Assembly (NCBI RefSeq): GCF_004010195.1
Contig: NC_057718.1
Span: 89,134,787-89,178,496 of the forward strand
Source: Chiloscyllium plagiosum
Taxonomy: Eukaryota
Length of the DNA stretch: 43,710 bases
Reading direction: 5' to 3'
Part shown: positions 1 through 11,810 of the stretch, one piece after another
How positions within the stretch are numbered: position 1 is the stretch's first letter
Layout: each line of letters begins with the position of its first letter
Position numbers and translations under genes: made by a program
Notes under the pieces: generated by a model
Seen by the model: the letters and a program-made list of their open reading frames with translations, nothing else
Databases searched by the model: none
Told to the model about the DNA's origin: nothing

Positions 1-454
1 TTTCGTGACTTTGTGCTTCCTGTGATGGACCTTGAAAAGAGAGATTGACGACCAGAAAATCCTGGCAATAAAACAGATCATCTCAGTGAACCCCAATGGA
101 CTGGGGCTACTGATCTGCTACCCCCACCATAACACCAATGCTTTCTTGTCTGTTCGTGTCTATCTGTGTGAGTGTGTCTGTGTGCGCGCGTGTGTGTGCA
201 GGGATTTTAGAAGGGGGTTACAGTTTTAACTAACAGTGGTAAATACATACAGTACATAGTTATTTATCAAGGGCTAGAATCTATTAATTTGTAACAACAA
301 ATGTAGCCCCTGCAAAGTACAGAAACATGGTTCCTGTCTTCAGTGAGCCTGGGTCTAACTGACAGATAAAGTTGTGACTTTGCATACTTTGATAAACTCT
401 TCAACTTTTATGAAGAGTTTGGGAATAGAGGGGCTCGATTTCTAGGGTGCTAGC

Positions 455-1200
455 CCAGTGAGGCATGCTATAGTTTTACAGATATGGCAATTCCTTGTTA
501 TAGTTGGACACCACTTGAGCCTGTAAGACTTTTTTTGTTCCACAGCATGGATACTGACTCTTAATCTTTGATGTTTTGCCTTCTGTTAGTCATTGGCTTG
601 TAATTTGAGTCTGCTCAGTGTTTGTAACTATTAAGTGGATATGTTCTCTTGCTATCCTGTGATAAGATTGTCCTTCTTCTCTGAGGATTTGTCTGTGAAT
701 CTTCCTGCTTTCTGCTTCTAGAATGATTTGAATAGCTTTCTGAAAGTCAACTCTTCTTTGACTCATAATAAATGATCTTCAATAATTCCAACAATAATTC
801 TGTCTCTCGTGAATTCTGATTTCAAATGTCCATTGTTACAGCTTTCTACTAATCCATAGATTTCTACTAAGACATAATTAATGCAGTTATCTCTGGATTC
901 CCCAGGAGATTGAACTCTTCTGTTTAATCTTGCTCTTTCTAAGATTTTTTGTATTCCCAAATAAAAGTAGTGATTGAAAACTGTTAAACATTGTTCAAAT
1001 ATATCTGTGATTTCTTTAATATTTTAGGAACTTTTGACATTATCCACTATATTTCATATTGAATATAGTAGCATAATACTTGTTCTTGAGAATAAGTATT
1101 TAAGTTTGAAGCAGTTCTGCATCTTAAGAACTGTTTTCTACAAGATGTCCAATTTTGTATTTTGCTTGACACATCTCTGACATTGAATCTATGAGGTAAT
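455..1200 (-). mobile_element. Decayed Gypsy-like LTR retrotransposon gag fragment
   Basis: ORF 763-960 reads ERARLNRRVQSPGESRDNC...LVESCNNGHLKSEFTRDRIIVGI, like the Gypsy gag motif ERxxFNxRxQxxGESxD...LAxxCxYGxL...IRDRIVVG; downstream WCPTITRNCHICK resembles a broken zinc knuckle. Confidence 0.7.
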
Positions 1201-1962
1201 ATGATTCCTCCTCCCATTTCTCCTTAATGTGGTTATTCTGAACACTGTAAAACTGCTTAAAACTTGCAACACGTCAGTACTCTTTGTAATCTATCATCTT
1301 TTAAGCTTTTAATCTTACACTATTCCAATGCTGTCTTACATCTTCTGTTTTTCAGTCTAAGCTCTATTATTTCGAATATAGCTTTAATTCTGTTAAGTAG
1401 CAATAGTGTATCTCTGTCTGCTTGTTGAGGGTCTCTCTCTGCTTCTTTATGACGTAAAATAATGATTTCCTTGCTCCCACAGGCAAAGTGGAGCTTCCCT
1501 TACCCTGCAGTTGAGATGGAGTTTTCTTACTTAATTCCCAGAGCTTCAAAATAGTACTTCCCTAAATCAGGGTTGGCATTACAAATCCTTTTCCCTTAAC
1601 AACCTGCCCAGTATGACTAGTCTTTTCCTATAAAATGTTGTCTTTTTTAATGCCTCTTACCAGCTTTTAGGCCTGGTGTATTCAGGCCTGGAGTACTGCT
1701 TTCATCCTCCTGTTCCCTCCATGATCTCTGTAAATTGCTTCTCTATTCATCCACACAGCTGCTGAACTGCTGTTTGAGTTTTCTTAAAGCTGTACTGCTC
1801 TGACAGTGATAAACTGACTTGTGTTGTAAAAACAATTCTCCTGAGACAAATCATTCATCATTGTTATGTTGAGCAACGTAAGTTACAAACCTCACCCCAT
1901 CCACCAGCCCTGGTGTTATTGCATGCCAATGATTGACAGCTTATAGTGGGAGTAGAGTGCAG

Positions 1963-2065
1963 CCTGAAAATGTGTTGCTGGAAAAGCGCAGCAGGTCAGA
2001 CAGCATCCAAGGAACAGGAGATTCGACGTTTCGGGCATAAGCCCTTCTTCAGGAATGAGGAAAGT
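1963..2065 (-). mobile_element. Penelope-like element terminal-repeat fragment (family A)
   Basis: Same GCTGGAAAAGC(A/G)CAGCAGGTCAGGCAGCATCC...GACGTTTCGGGC block as copies at 10815, 13100, 20559, 27481, 27776, 28845 (adjacent to PLE RT) and 35405. Confidence 0.75.
2021..2056 (-). ncRNA. Minimal type I hammerhead ribozyme motif (PLE-associated)
   Basis: Minus strand reads AUUC-CUGAAGA-A-GGGC-UUAU-GCCC-GAAA-CG-UC-GAAU: core CUGANGA/GAAA/UH, stem I AUUC:GAAU, stem II GGGC:GCCC, palindromic ACGU in place of stem III. Confidence 0.8.
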
Positions 2066-2629
2066 ACAGCCACCAACTCTCCTTTCCATCCTCCTTAAGG
2101 GCTTATTTGGTTACCAGTGGCAGAGCATGAACCATTCGCAAGTCTTTACAAGAAGAGGCATTTGGTTTAGCACTACAATGCTTTTTTTTTGCATGATAGC
2201 AATAGGCACAAGTTACATTGGCTAGCTCGGCATAATCCCAAAGACTACGAGGAACCAGAGATGACCACTTCAGGATCTTAAGCTAGATTCTCCAATTCCC
2301 CACTGAGTTCTGTGTGATGTTAACCAGTTTGATGGGGCCTATGCAGTTGCAAACATTCAGAACCATTATTTCCATATATCTGATAGATGCTCATTGGCAC
2401 TGCAAAGTTTGAGTGTTTTGATTGGTCTGTGGGAACAATGTGACAGCAAAACCTTTGCTTTCCAAATCCTGAGTTGACGAATTGTTCTGTAAGAATGTAA
2501 GGTCTTCCTTTAGGTATCTAAAATTTGAGACTAGGTTGCATAGATTCAGCTTGTATTCGTTTGTGTATAGACGATTATGGGTGATCTCAATAAGGTGTTT
2601 AAGACTGTTAAAAAATTGATTTTCTTTTA

Positions 2630-3035
2630 ACTTCACTCATTGGGATGTGAGCATTGCTGGCTAGGCTAGCATTCATAGCCTGTCCTGAGGTGCCCTTGAC
2701 GAGGTGGTGGTGAAGTGCTTTTTTGAATTACTGCAGTTCTCGTCTTGTAGGTAGACCCACAATGTCCTTAGGGAGGGAATTCCGAGATTCTGACCCAGCA
2801 ACATTAAAGGAATGATGGTATATTTCCGGATGGTGTCAGGATGGTGAGTGGCTTGGAGGGGAACCTGCAGGTGGTGGTGTTCCCATGTACTTGCTGCCCT
2901 TCTCCCTCTCGATGTAAGTGGTCATGGGTTTGGAACGTGCTGTCTGAGGATCTTTGGCAAACGTCTGCATTGCATCTTGTAGTTAGTGCACACTGCTGCT
3001 ACTGAGTCTGTGGTGGAAGGTATGGGTGCTTGTAA
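2630..3035 (-). mobile_element. 3' end of a CR1/L2-group LINE (family distinct from the main CR1s)
   Basis: Begins with the tail catTGGGATGTGAGCATTGCTGGCTAGGCTAGCATT, also seen on the SINE at 5770, then RT C-terminal-like sequence; recognised from memory of shark repeats. Confidence 0.55.
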
Positions 3036-3399
3036 AGGGCATATTTCTAATGGTGGAGCAGAAAGATTTGAGGATAGGTGTATTTTTGTAAATAGAGTGT
3101 ATTAGATGCTGCTTTTATGAAAATCATGTTAACTACATATGTAAAGAATCTATGATAAACCTGTAAATAGCATTGCTGCAGCCTCAACTGAGTATTGTAT
3201 CTCAAGACAGCACCATTCTTTAGGAGAGATTTGAATGCAGGACATAAGGTGCAAAAACGATTTACCTAAATGTTTCGAGGAATGAGGAAATTTAGTCACA
3301 TAGATGTATATTGAAACTGGAACGATTTTAAAAAATTTAGATCCAAGTTGGTTTAGAAACCACACAACAGTCCCACCTATTTCCTCTTTATATCTAACC

Positions 3400-3938
3400 A
3401 TAGAGTCACAGAATCATGGAGCTGTACAGCACAGAAACAGACCTTTTGATCCAACTTGCCCATGCTGACCAGATAGCCTAACCCATTTGCCAGCACTTGG
3501 CCCATATCCCTCTAAACCCTTCCTATTCGTCTACCCATCTGGATGCCTTTTAAATGCTGTAATTGTACCATGTTCCACCGCTTCCTCTGGCAGCTCATTC
3601 CATACACACACCACCCTCTGCGTGAAAAGGTTGCCGCTTAGGTCCCTTTTAAATTTTTCCCTCTCACCTTAAACCAATGCCCTCTAGTTCTGGACTCCCC
3701 CACCCCAGGGAAAATACCTTGTCTATTTACTCTATCCATGCCCCTCATGATTTTATAAGGTCACTCCTCAGCCTCTGATGCTCCAGGGAAAACATAGTGT
3801 ACTCAGCCTCTCCCGATAGCTCAAACGCTCCAAACCTGGCAACATCCCCTTGTAAATCTTTACTGAACCTTTTCAAGTTTCACGACATCCTTCCGATAGG
3901 AGAGAGACCAGAATCGCGCACAAAAGTGGCCAAACCAA
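3400..3938 (-). mobile_element. CR1-clade LINE 3' fragment (HER1-like)
   Basis: Highly similar to 16690-17230; minus strand carries the FTQRVV..WNELPEE CR1 ORF2 C-terminal motif and a GACTCTAT-type tail. Confidence 0.88.
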
Positions 3939-3999
3939 CCAGTTGGTTGATTAATCAATTAAGCCCAATCACCGGCTGAAGTGCTTTCTATATTAGCAA

Positions 4000-4330
4000 T
4001 TCTTCTTGGAGAAGAGGCGATTAAGAGGTGGTCTGATGGAAGAGAAACATCCCATTGAGAGAAGGATTGAAAACCAGAGGACACTGAATTAAGTTGCCAG
4101 ATATTTGAGGAAATGCATTTTCATGCCGTTCGGATCCGGGATGAACTGAATATGGTGGAGACAGATTCAATCAATGCCTTCAAATGAGATTTGAATAATT
4201 ATTTGGAGAGAAAAGATTTTCAGGGCTATGGAGAAGAGGCAAGAGGATATGACTAAATGAGCTAATCTTGCAGGGAATCAGCATTGGCTTAAGGGGACAA
4301 ATAGCCTTCTCTTTGTTTTACCCATTCTGT
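4000..4330 (+). mobile_element. Old CR1 LINE 3' fragment
   Basis: ttcttggagaagaggcgattaagaggtggtctgat (LEKRRLRGGL) followed by a degenerate 3' UTR. Confidence 0.65.
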
Positions 4331-4464
4331 GCTTCTTCCTGTGTTCAGTCTGAAGCTATTTAGCTTCAGATGTTGGTTCTTGCCAGTTTACCAAGGGCAT
4401 TGCATTATCCCCATGCTGTTTGGCTACTGACCCATATACTCAGACACCTGAATCCTGTCAGCAC

Positions 4465-4898
4465 ACTGTCAGGATATATTGCTGGGAATGGAGTAAGTGA
4501 GATATAAAAATAGACCGGAAAGGCTAGGACCTTTTTCGGTGGAGCGTAGGAGCTTAAAGGGTGACCTTATTGAGGTTCATAAAATCATGAGGGGCGTAGA
4601 AAAGGTGAATGACAAGGGTCTTTTCCTTAGAGGGGGTAATTTTAAGATGAGAGGAGAAAGATTTAGAAAGACACAACTTTTTCACACAGAGTAGTTTGTG
4701 TGTGGAAGGAACTGATAAAGAAGGTGGTGCATGTGGATACAGTTACAACATTTAAAAGACATTTGGATAAGTCCATGAATAAGAAATGTTTGGAGGGATA
4801 GCGGCCAAACACAGGCAAGTAGAACTAGTTTTGTTTGGGATGATAGTCAGCTTGGACTGAAGGGTCTGTTTCCATGCTGTATGACTCTATGACTCTAC
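4465..4898 (+). mobile_element. CR1-clade LINE 3' fragment
   Basis: ORF 4497-4694 RLGPFSVERRSLKGDLIEVHKIMRG is the CR1 ORF2 C-terminus; ends in ATGACTCT tandem tail repeats. Confidence 0.9.
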
Positions 4899-5769
4899 AC
4901 TGGAGATCAAAATGGCTGCACTTACTGAATAGATTGATTGCGCCGAATGTAAGATAGAAAAATAGGAAAATATTTCCAGGCTATTATTAGTCTGCTCTAT
5001 GCTACATTTGTTACAGCAGGCAACATGTGCTGCTATTTGTTTGTTGTTCTGTTGTACAATGGGAATTTCTAAGAGTGCAAACAGAGCTTAGCTTTATGAT
5101 CTCAGTCATTGTGATTTAATCAGCCCTTCAACTGAGCCGAGTTAATAAATTTCAATGGAAACAATGCTGTTTCGGCCAAATCAGCCAGGCAAAACAAATA
5201 TACAAGTTGCTTTGTTTAACCCTTGTCTTTAGTATCTTTCAAAAGGGAAAAGTCATAAAACTAAAATAAACAAGATATTAAGGATGAAAGACTTGGCCAA
5301 ACGTTAGATAATTCTTTTCTTTTTTTCTCTCTTGTTGGGCCTGGCCAAACCCCATCAAATCTGGAGACGGTGCAACAGCATTAAAATTCCTGTTTCCATG
5401 ATAACAAAGATCAGTTGGAACACTACATGATTAATCAGGTAACTCATTTTAAGACCTGGAAAAAGGAGTTAATTAGGGGTCCAAGTGCCACTAAGCATCA
5501 TGCAGTGCCAACCACAAAGCTGGGTGTGCCCGCTCCAAGTCTTTTACCCCTGAGCGCATTGACCAACATCGGCTCTGTCGTGAAAATAAATTCCTCACCT
5601 TTGTGCTCAATGCCCTCCCTGGCCTCCCTATCTGTGAAACCTTGTCTAGCCATGTAAGCCTCTGGGAACTTAATTCTGGATTCATGCACATAAATGGCCC
5701 ATTGACAGCAGCACCTTCAACTGATGAGACAAGCTCAGGAATACCTTCTTATACTTGTATTTTTAATCG

Positions 5770-6266
5770 TTTGAACGGTCACTGGCTACGCCAGCATCAA
5801 TTGCCCATCTCTAATCGCCTGGAGGGTAGTTGAGAGTCAACCACATTGTTGTGTGTCAGGAGTCACATGTAGACCCGACCTGGTGAGGGCAGCAGTTCCC
5901 CTCACTAAAGGGCATTAGTAAACCAGGTGGTTTTTCATGGTCATTGTTCAACTCTTAAATCCAGACATTTTTAATTGAATTCAAATTCAACCATCTGTTG
6001 TGACTGGTACTCCTGGAAACATCAGGTTCCTCAGCATCTCCTCAGTTATCTTTGGAAGCTCTCCACACAGGAGGCAAATTCATGTCCTGCTACTACACCT
6101 CTTCAGCACCTTTTCATTCATGTAGAATGATACATCGTAGAGGCTATTCAGCCCATTAGGGTTGTTTGGAAAGCTGCTGTGGTGGGATTTGAACCCAGGT
6201 CCCAGAACATTACCTAGGAGGCTGGATTAATAGTCCAGCGATAAATCCACTGGGCTGTTCCTTCCC
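5770..6266 (-). mobile_element. tRNA-derived SINE split by an unrelated ~170-bp insert (about 6003-6170)
   Basis: Minus-strand head near 6180-6265 with B-box GGGTTCAAATCCC; body continues 6002-5820; 3' tail resembles the tail of the LINE at 2630. Confidence 0.6.
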
Positions 6267-6329
6267 CCTCCTCCTCACCACCATCGCTCTTCCCTCCTTA
6301 GAGACTGAATTATTTAGGACTATATTCAG

Positions 6330-6930
6330 CAAAATTTGGAAGAATTAGGGGAATCTTATAGAAACCTGGAAAATTACGAACACGGTAAATGCAGGAAGAA
6401 TGTTCCCAGTGGAGCCAAAACAGTCTAAGGATATGACGTACCCATTTAGGACTGAGATGAGGATAAACTGGAGAAGCTGTGAGTATTTATTACAGCAGTA
6501 ACTACACTTTAAAAGGACTTTCTTGTCTCTAAAGCACATTGAGACATCCAATGGTTTGGAATGGCACTATACAAATATGAAGTTTTCTTTCTGTAGACCA
6601 CAGATTGGTAGAAAATCATGAAGGGTTTTGATAGAGTAAACAAGAAGAAAATTATCTCTAATGGAGAAAGTACAATATCCAGAGAAGACACATTTCATAA
6701 AAAAAAACAAAGATGACATGAGGGCAAATACTATTATGGTGTAACTGGAAATGTATTGCCCTGAAAGGGTATTGGAAATAGATTCAGTAGTGATGCTGAA
6801 ATGAAAATTGGATCAATACTTGAAAAGGGAGAAGTTGCAAGGCTTCGGGAAAAGAGCAGAAGTTTGACCTCTAGTTGATAGCACTTCCAAATAACCCTGA
6901 TGGCCTGAATGGCCTCTATGATGTATCATT
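6330..6930 (+). mobile_element. Degenerate CR1 3' fragments (two pieces)
   Basis: gaattagggggaatcttatagaaacctggaaaatt and aaaatcatgaagggttttgatagagtaaac are CR1 LRGDLIE..KIMKG.DRV motifs. Confidence 0.6.
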
Positions 6931-7359
6931 CTACATGAACGAAAAAGTACTGAAGAGATGTGTGGTGAGCTTCCAAAGATAACTGAGGAGATGCTGAGGA
7001 ACTCAATGTGTCCCCAAGAGGACCAGTCAGTCCAGGATCGAGTCTTGTCTTTGCCGGCAGGTCTCTAACAAATGTGTGTGACCATGGTACAGGGAGTGTT
7101 AGGAGCCCAGTGCTGTTGGTTGTATGGGGGATAGGGAGGAGAACCAAACTGCAAGAGAAAGACCAATTACTATGAACCCACTCCTGAGGTTTCAACTGCT
7201 GTCCAACAGCCCACATCATCCAGTCATTGTTCAGAGAAATAAAACTATGGGTCAATGTAATATCTAGCTTGCTGTAATTATGTGGCATCTAGATCTGCTG
7301 TAAATGATTTTGTGTATAATCTCAGGCATCCATTGAACCGCATTAGCGGTAGTGGGAGT

Positions 7360-7653
7360 GGGTGACATTGTCGTTCAATGGGTACCACTGCTGCCTCACA
7401 GCGTTAGGGATCTGGGTTCGAATCCATCGCTGGGTGACTGTCTACATGGAGTTTGCACATTCTCCCCGTGTCTGCGTAGGTTTCCTCTGGGTGCTCCTGT
7501 ATCCTCCCACAGTCCAAAGATACACAGGTTAAGTGGACTGGCCATAGGAAATGTAGGATTATAGGGTAAGGATTTGGGTCTGGGTGGGATGCTCTTCGCA
7601 GTATTGGTGTGGACTCGATGGGCTGACTGGCCTAATTCCACACTTTAGGGATT
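7360..7653 (+). mobile_element. HE1-type tRNA SINE (V-SINE superfamily)
   Basis: CTGCTGCCTCACAGC head, B-box GGTTCGAATCC, core GGAGTTTGCACATTCTCCCCGTGTCTGCG..TCCTCCCACAGTCCAAAGA, CR1-like tail. Confidence 0.88.
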
Positions 7654-8754
7654 GTTTTTTTAAATCCCTATCACTTGGAAAACAACATCAGAAACAATGC
7701 AATTGAAAATGTGCAAACTTTCAGATCTAAAAGAGAGTTGGCTACTAAAAGAAACAACAAGGAAACTTGTATAAGTAAATAGAATTGTTGGCAACTTTGA
7801 ATGACTGGGTCTGTCAAAATGGCTGGATATTTTCTGCTCCCTGTTGCTGTGGAAATGAAAGGAGATATGAATCCAAATTATAATTTTTGGCCGATCTCAC
7901 CAGTTAAACTATGAATTGTTTCAGAATTAAATAAAAAGACTGAGCAACTTAGAGTAGCAATCCTGCTATTTGTGTGTAGAAGGAGAGCTATAAGCCATAT
8001 TGCAGCTTCGGCCTCACTGAGGAGCAGAAAAAGCCAGTCAGGAGAGATTTTGCTTTCACAATGCATTGTGAACCTTCTGTTAATGTTACTGAGGGATGTT
8101 TGCCTTCGACATCAGAGCTTGGCGGTAGAGGGAGAATATTGACCAGAGTGTGGCTACACTGCAAAGTCTAGCTGAATCTTGAGAGTTTGGACAATTGAAA
8201 GCATCTCTCATTAGAGAAAGGATTTTCTTAGGCGTAAGAGATCCTGAAGTAGGAGCAAGTCTGCTGAGAAAGTAGAAACTTACTCTCACGAAAGCTAGTA
8301 ACTGCAGATGCTTTGAGATTGTCCAGCATCAGCAAGATTGCAAGAGGGAGAAGAGTATTATGCTGTGAGACTATTCCAGTCCAAACATGAACAACTTATT
8401 GTAAACAAGGATGAAATATTTGCAGAAAGATCAAGGTCAGTGCAGAACATATTTCAGAGAGCGTCATGTAAATTAAAAGGAAAACATGTCTAGCATGGGG
8501 AAGGTATTGCCCTAAGTGCAGAAGGTTTGGCATGCAAGTGTTTAGCTGGAAAGAATTAAAACAAGCCAATAAAGATGGATTCTGGAGAGATATCAGTCAG
8601 TGAGTCTGAAATATCATTCTAGACCATACAACAGGTTCATCTTGTCAGGTCTAATGGTGATAAATGGGTTTGTGACTGTTAGACTAATGAATGCAGAAAG
8701 GGAGCATCAAGTGAATGGGACATGTGAATGAGACACTAGTGCCTCTTACAACAT

Positions 8755-9011
8755 CATAGAATCTTAGTATTGCTACAGTGTGGAAGCAGGCCATCGATCC
8801 TCTGAAGAGCATCCCACCCAAACCCAAATCCCTACCCTATCCTTGTGACCTTGCAATTCCCATGGCTAATCCACCTAGCCAGCACATACCTGAACAACAT
8901 GGGCAATTTAGCTTGGCCAATCCACCTAACCTGCACAGCTTTGGACTGTGGGAGGAAACCGGAGCACCCAGAGGAAACTCATGCTCGAATCCTGTCTCTG
9001 GCGCTGTGAGT
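8755..9011 (-). mobile_element. HE1-type SINE with internal deletion, inserted in the Gypsy protease region
   Basis: Reverse complement of HE1 core (TTTGGACTGTGGGAGGAAACCGGAGCACCC) and head (TCTGGCGCTGTGAG). Confidence 0.85.
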
Positions 9012-9339
9012 TTGCAGAAATTTCTCAAGGTGGTGATTCAAGCTGAAGCCTTGAAAATGAAGTTGAGGCTATAGGATAGGACAATGTTCATTCCAAGCTG
9101 GCAGCCCAATGCGAAAGGAAGAATGATGGTCCAGAGTCACAGATAGTGGACTTTGAAATTCACTCATCTTAGCTGAAGCAAGAATAAACCTTGAATTGTT
9201 AACCCGTTACAATCCAGAAGAGATTTGCAGCATTTTGCAGACCACAAAGGCATTAACGACTGAACAGACCCTAAGCAATTACAAAAATGTTTGCAGGTCT
9301 TGAATTTATTCCCAGTGAATATTATCTAAAAGTGAACGT

Positions 9340-9705
9340 GAGACTGAGGCTAGACACTTTATTACCAAGGAGGTATATGCAGGAAAGTAGAGTTGAGGTG
9401 AAAGCCAGATCAGCCATGATCGAACCGAATGGGAGAAAGGGTCAAATATCGACTCTTATTCATTGTTTACATGAATATAGAACATTCCAGCTCAGTACAG
9501 GCCCTTCGGCCCTTGATGTTGCGTCAACCCATGAAACCAATCCCAAGTCTATTTATCCTACACTATTCCATTATCATCCATATGCCTATCCAATGACCAT
9601 TTAAATGCCCCTAAAGTTGGCGAGTCTACAACTGTTGCAGGCAGTGTGTTCCACGCTCCTATTACTCTCTGATTAAAGAAACTCCTTCTGACATCTGTCC
9701 TATGT
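9340..9705. mobile_element. Two CR1 3' fragments in opposite orientation (about 9340-9470 +, 9475-9705 -)
   Basis: ORF 9558-9896 end RTDVRRSFFNQRVIGAWNTLPATVVDSPTLGAFKWSLDRHM is the CR1 ORF2 C-terminus; the same tail recurs at 11695-11810. Confidence 0.75.
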
Positions 9706-9724
9706 GTCCTATTTTCTGGCACCA

Positions 9725-9856
9725 ACCAGTTCTGAAGAGGAAGCGTGCCAGTCAAAGCATTAACTCTGCCTCTCTCTCCACAGATGCTGTCAGACCTGTT
9801 GAGTTTCTCCAGCATACTGTATTTCAGATTTCCAGCATTTGCAATAATTTGCTTTA
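9725..9856 (+). mobile_element. Degenerate PLE terminal-repeat fragment (family C-like)
   Basis: gttCTGAAGA...ctctccacagatgctgtcagacctgttgagtttctccagca...ccagcatttgcaataatttgcttt is the reverse complement counterpart of 34758-34865; hammerhead core decayed. Confidence 0.6.
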
Positions 9857-10187
9857 ACTCCTTTTGACATGATTTATTTATAAGCCAGTACTGCATCTGC
9901 CGCGTAGAGTTCCAGCTGCCCTCGGACTCAATGTGAAAGACAAGCTGGAGGAGCTAGAAAAGGAGGGAATAATCATGATGGGGATAAATCCTCCAGAGAG
10001 CACAGGAGCCAGATTGTCCATCAACCTGGACAACTTAGAGTCTGCATAGGATCCAAAGGATCTGAATCAAGCTCTGAAAAGATTTCATTGCCCCCAAACC
10101 AACCACAGAAGAAACTTTGTCACAAGGCAAAGCAAATGGGGTTACTGCTCCTGAGGAAAAGGATGATCGTTAGCAAATGAATTTGGA

Positions 10188-10517
10188 TCATAGAATCCCA
10201 ACAGCGTGGAAGCAGGCCATTCAGTCCACATCAATCGTCCGAAGAGCATCCCACCCAACTCCTGTAACTCTGCATTTTCCATGGCTAACCCACCTAGCCT
10301 GCTCATCCCTGGACACTATGGGCAATTCAACATGACCTATCCACCCTAACCTGCACGGCTTTGGACTGTGGAAAACCAAAGCACCAAGAGGAAACCCACA
10401 CAGAAACTGGGAGGATGTGTAAAATCCACACAGACTGTCGCCCCCAAGGCTGGAATCAAGTCCGGGTCCCTGGTGCTGAGAAGCAGCAGTGTTATCTACT
10501 GAGCCACGGTGCCATCC
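10188..10517 (-). mobile_element. HE1-type SINE inserted in the Gypsy RT
   Basis: Full head-core-tail HE1 organisation on the minus strand; Gypsy RT motifs resume on both sides. Confidence 0.88.
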
Positions 10518-10814
10518 TAATGAAAGTAGTGTTTTTCTAACTGCACTCTGTTCGGGAGATACAGATGTTTGCATCTGGAATTTGGCGTTTTCACTGCCCT
10601 GGAGGAATATCAGTCTATACATATGGTAGTCGGGGATCTTCCAGGAATGGAAGCTAAAATGGATGGTCTGCTAGTCTATGGTTATGGAGGTACAATGGAT
10701 GAAGCCATCACAGAACAAGTGTGCCTGCTACAGAGAACACATCAGATGAAGCTGAGACTGAGCATGAAAACAGACGCAATTAAAAATGCCTGAAGTTAGG
10801 TACCCAGGTCATGC

Positions 10815-10936
10815 AGGAGAAAGTGAGGACTGCAGATCAGAATCGAAAAGTGTGGTGCTGGAAAAGTACAGCAGGTCAGGCAGCATCCGAGGTGCGGGAG
10901 ATTCGACGTTTTGGGCATAAGCCCTTCAGGAATGTA
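10815..10936 (-). mobile_element. PLE terminal-repeat fragment (family A) with 8-bp TSD
   Basis: Starts AGGAGAAAGTGAGGACTGCAG; flanked by AGGTCATG at 10806-10813 and 10940-10947; hammerhead core has a small deletion. Confidence 0.78.
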
Positions 10937-10974
10937 CTGAGGTCATGTGCTGAGCACAAAAGGATTGTTGGAAT

Positions 10975-11305
10975 GACCTAGTGACTCTGGTGATCTGATT
11001 GAGGTGTTTTAAATGTTCCTGGAAATGATTGGGTTGACAGAGAGTATCTGTTTCCTCTTGCAAGTGAAGGGTAAAAATTTAAGAGCTAGACATTCATAAG
11101 CATATTCTCTGGACCGTCTGGAACTCTGTTACAAGAGAGTTTGTGAATGCTAGCATCCACCACTTTAGAGTCTGAGATCAACGGATTCGTTAAATAAAGG
11201 TTATAAGGAATATAGAATAAATGTGAGCAGGTGATTTTGAGGTACAAGTTAAGTGAATAGCAGAACAGGCTTGAGGTGCTGAATGGCCTTTTCCTGTTCC
11301 TATGT
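10975..11305 (+). mobile_element. Old CR1 3' fragment
   Basis: ggtgatctgattgaggtgttttaaatg (GDLIEVF) and a 3' UTR ending gaatggcctttttcctgttcctatg. Confidence 0.62.
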
Positions 11306-11694
11306 GCCTCTCTACATATGAGATGGCTCTGGGAAAACTAAGAGAGAAATGGTGGTCCTCATGCTTGTAAGTTTCACCTCCATTGTTACATGGAGTTGGA
11401 ATGGATCTCAGGAGAACAGTATCATCAGATCATACTCACTCATCTCCTGAACCTCCTGAGCTCTTGGAAGGTGCTACAGAAATGCAAGTATTTCTTTCAT
11501 CGGCAGTTAACTTGAAACAGTCTGGGAGCTATGGTCTCTCAGCAACCATTTATCTTATAAGTCGCACATTCAAGTCTTGTTTTCACATTTTCATTGAAAA
11601 TCCCTGCATTTACATTTGAAAGGAGCAAACAAGTCACAGTGTAATTACTGCTTCTGGACAAAGGTGGCGCTGCTGTCTGTCTGTCAGGACAACA

Positions 11695-11810
11695 TTGAAC
11701 ATAGAACATTCCAGCGCAGTACAGGCCCTTCGGCCCTCGATGTTGCACCGACCTCTGAAACCAATCTGAAGCCCATCTAACCTACACTATTCCATTATCA
11801 TCCATATATC
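11695..11810 (-). mobile_element. CR1 3' tail fragment
   Basis: Near-identical to 9475-9585 (gaacattccagc.cagtacaggcccttcggccct.gatgttgc...ctacactattccattatcatccata). Confidence 0.8.

Larger units (their letters stand above)
7690..10970 (+). mobile_element. Decayed Gypsy-like LTR retrotransposon gag-pol relic with nested insertions
   Basis: Collinear motifs: gag ENIDQSVATLQSLAES*EFGQLKASLIRERIFLGVRD (~8130-8245); knuckle CLAWGRYCPKC (~8487-8520); protease *DTSASYNII (~8730-8758); KPVLHLPRRVPAAL..LEELEKEGII (~9882-9975); LRVCI/DPKDLNQALKR (~10035-10083); FGRYRCLHLEFG..MDGLLVYG..YPGH (10550-10812). Left boundary uncertain. Confidence 0.8.

Noticed and set aside
140..200. (TG)-rich tract and overlapping 65-aa ORF
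   Set aside because: Short degenerate microsatellite; the Cys/Val-rich peptide is a by-product.
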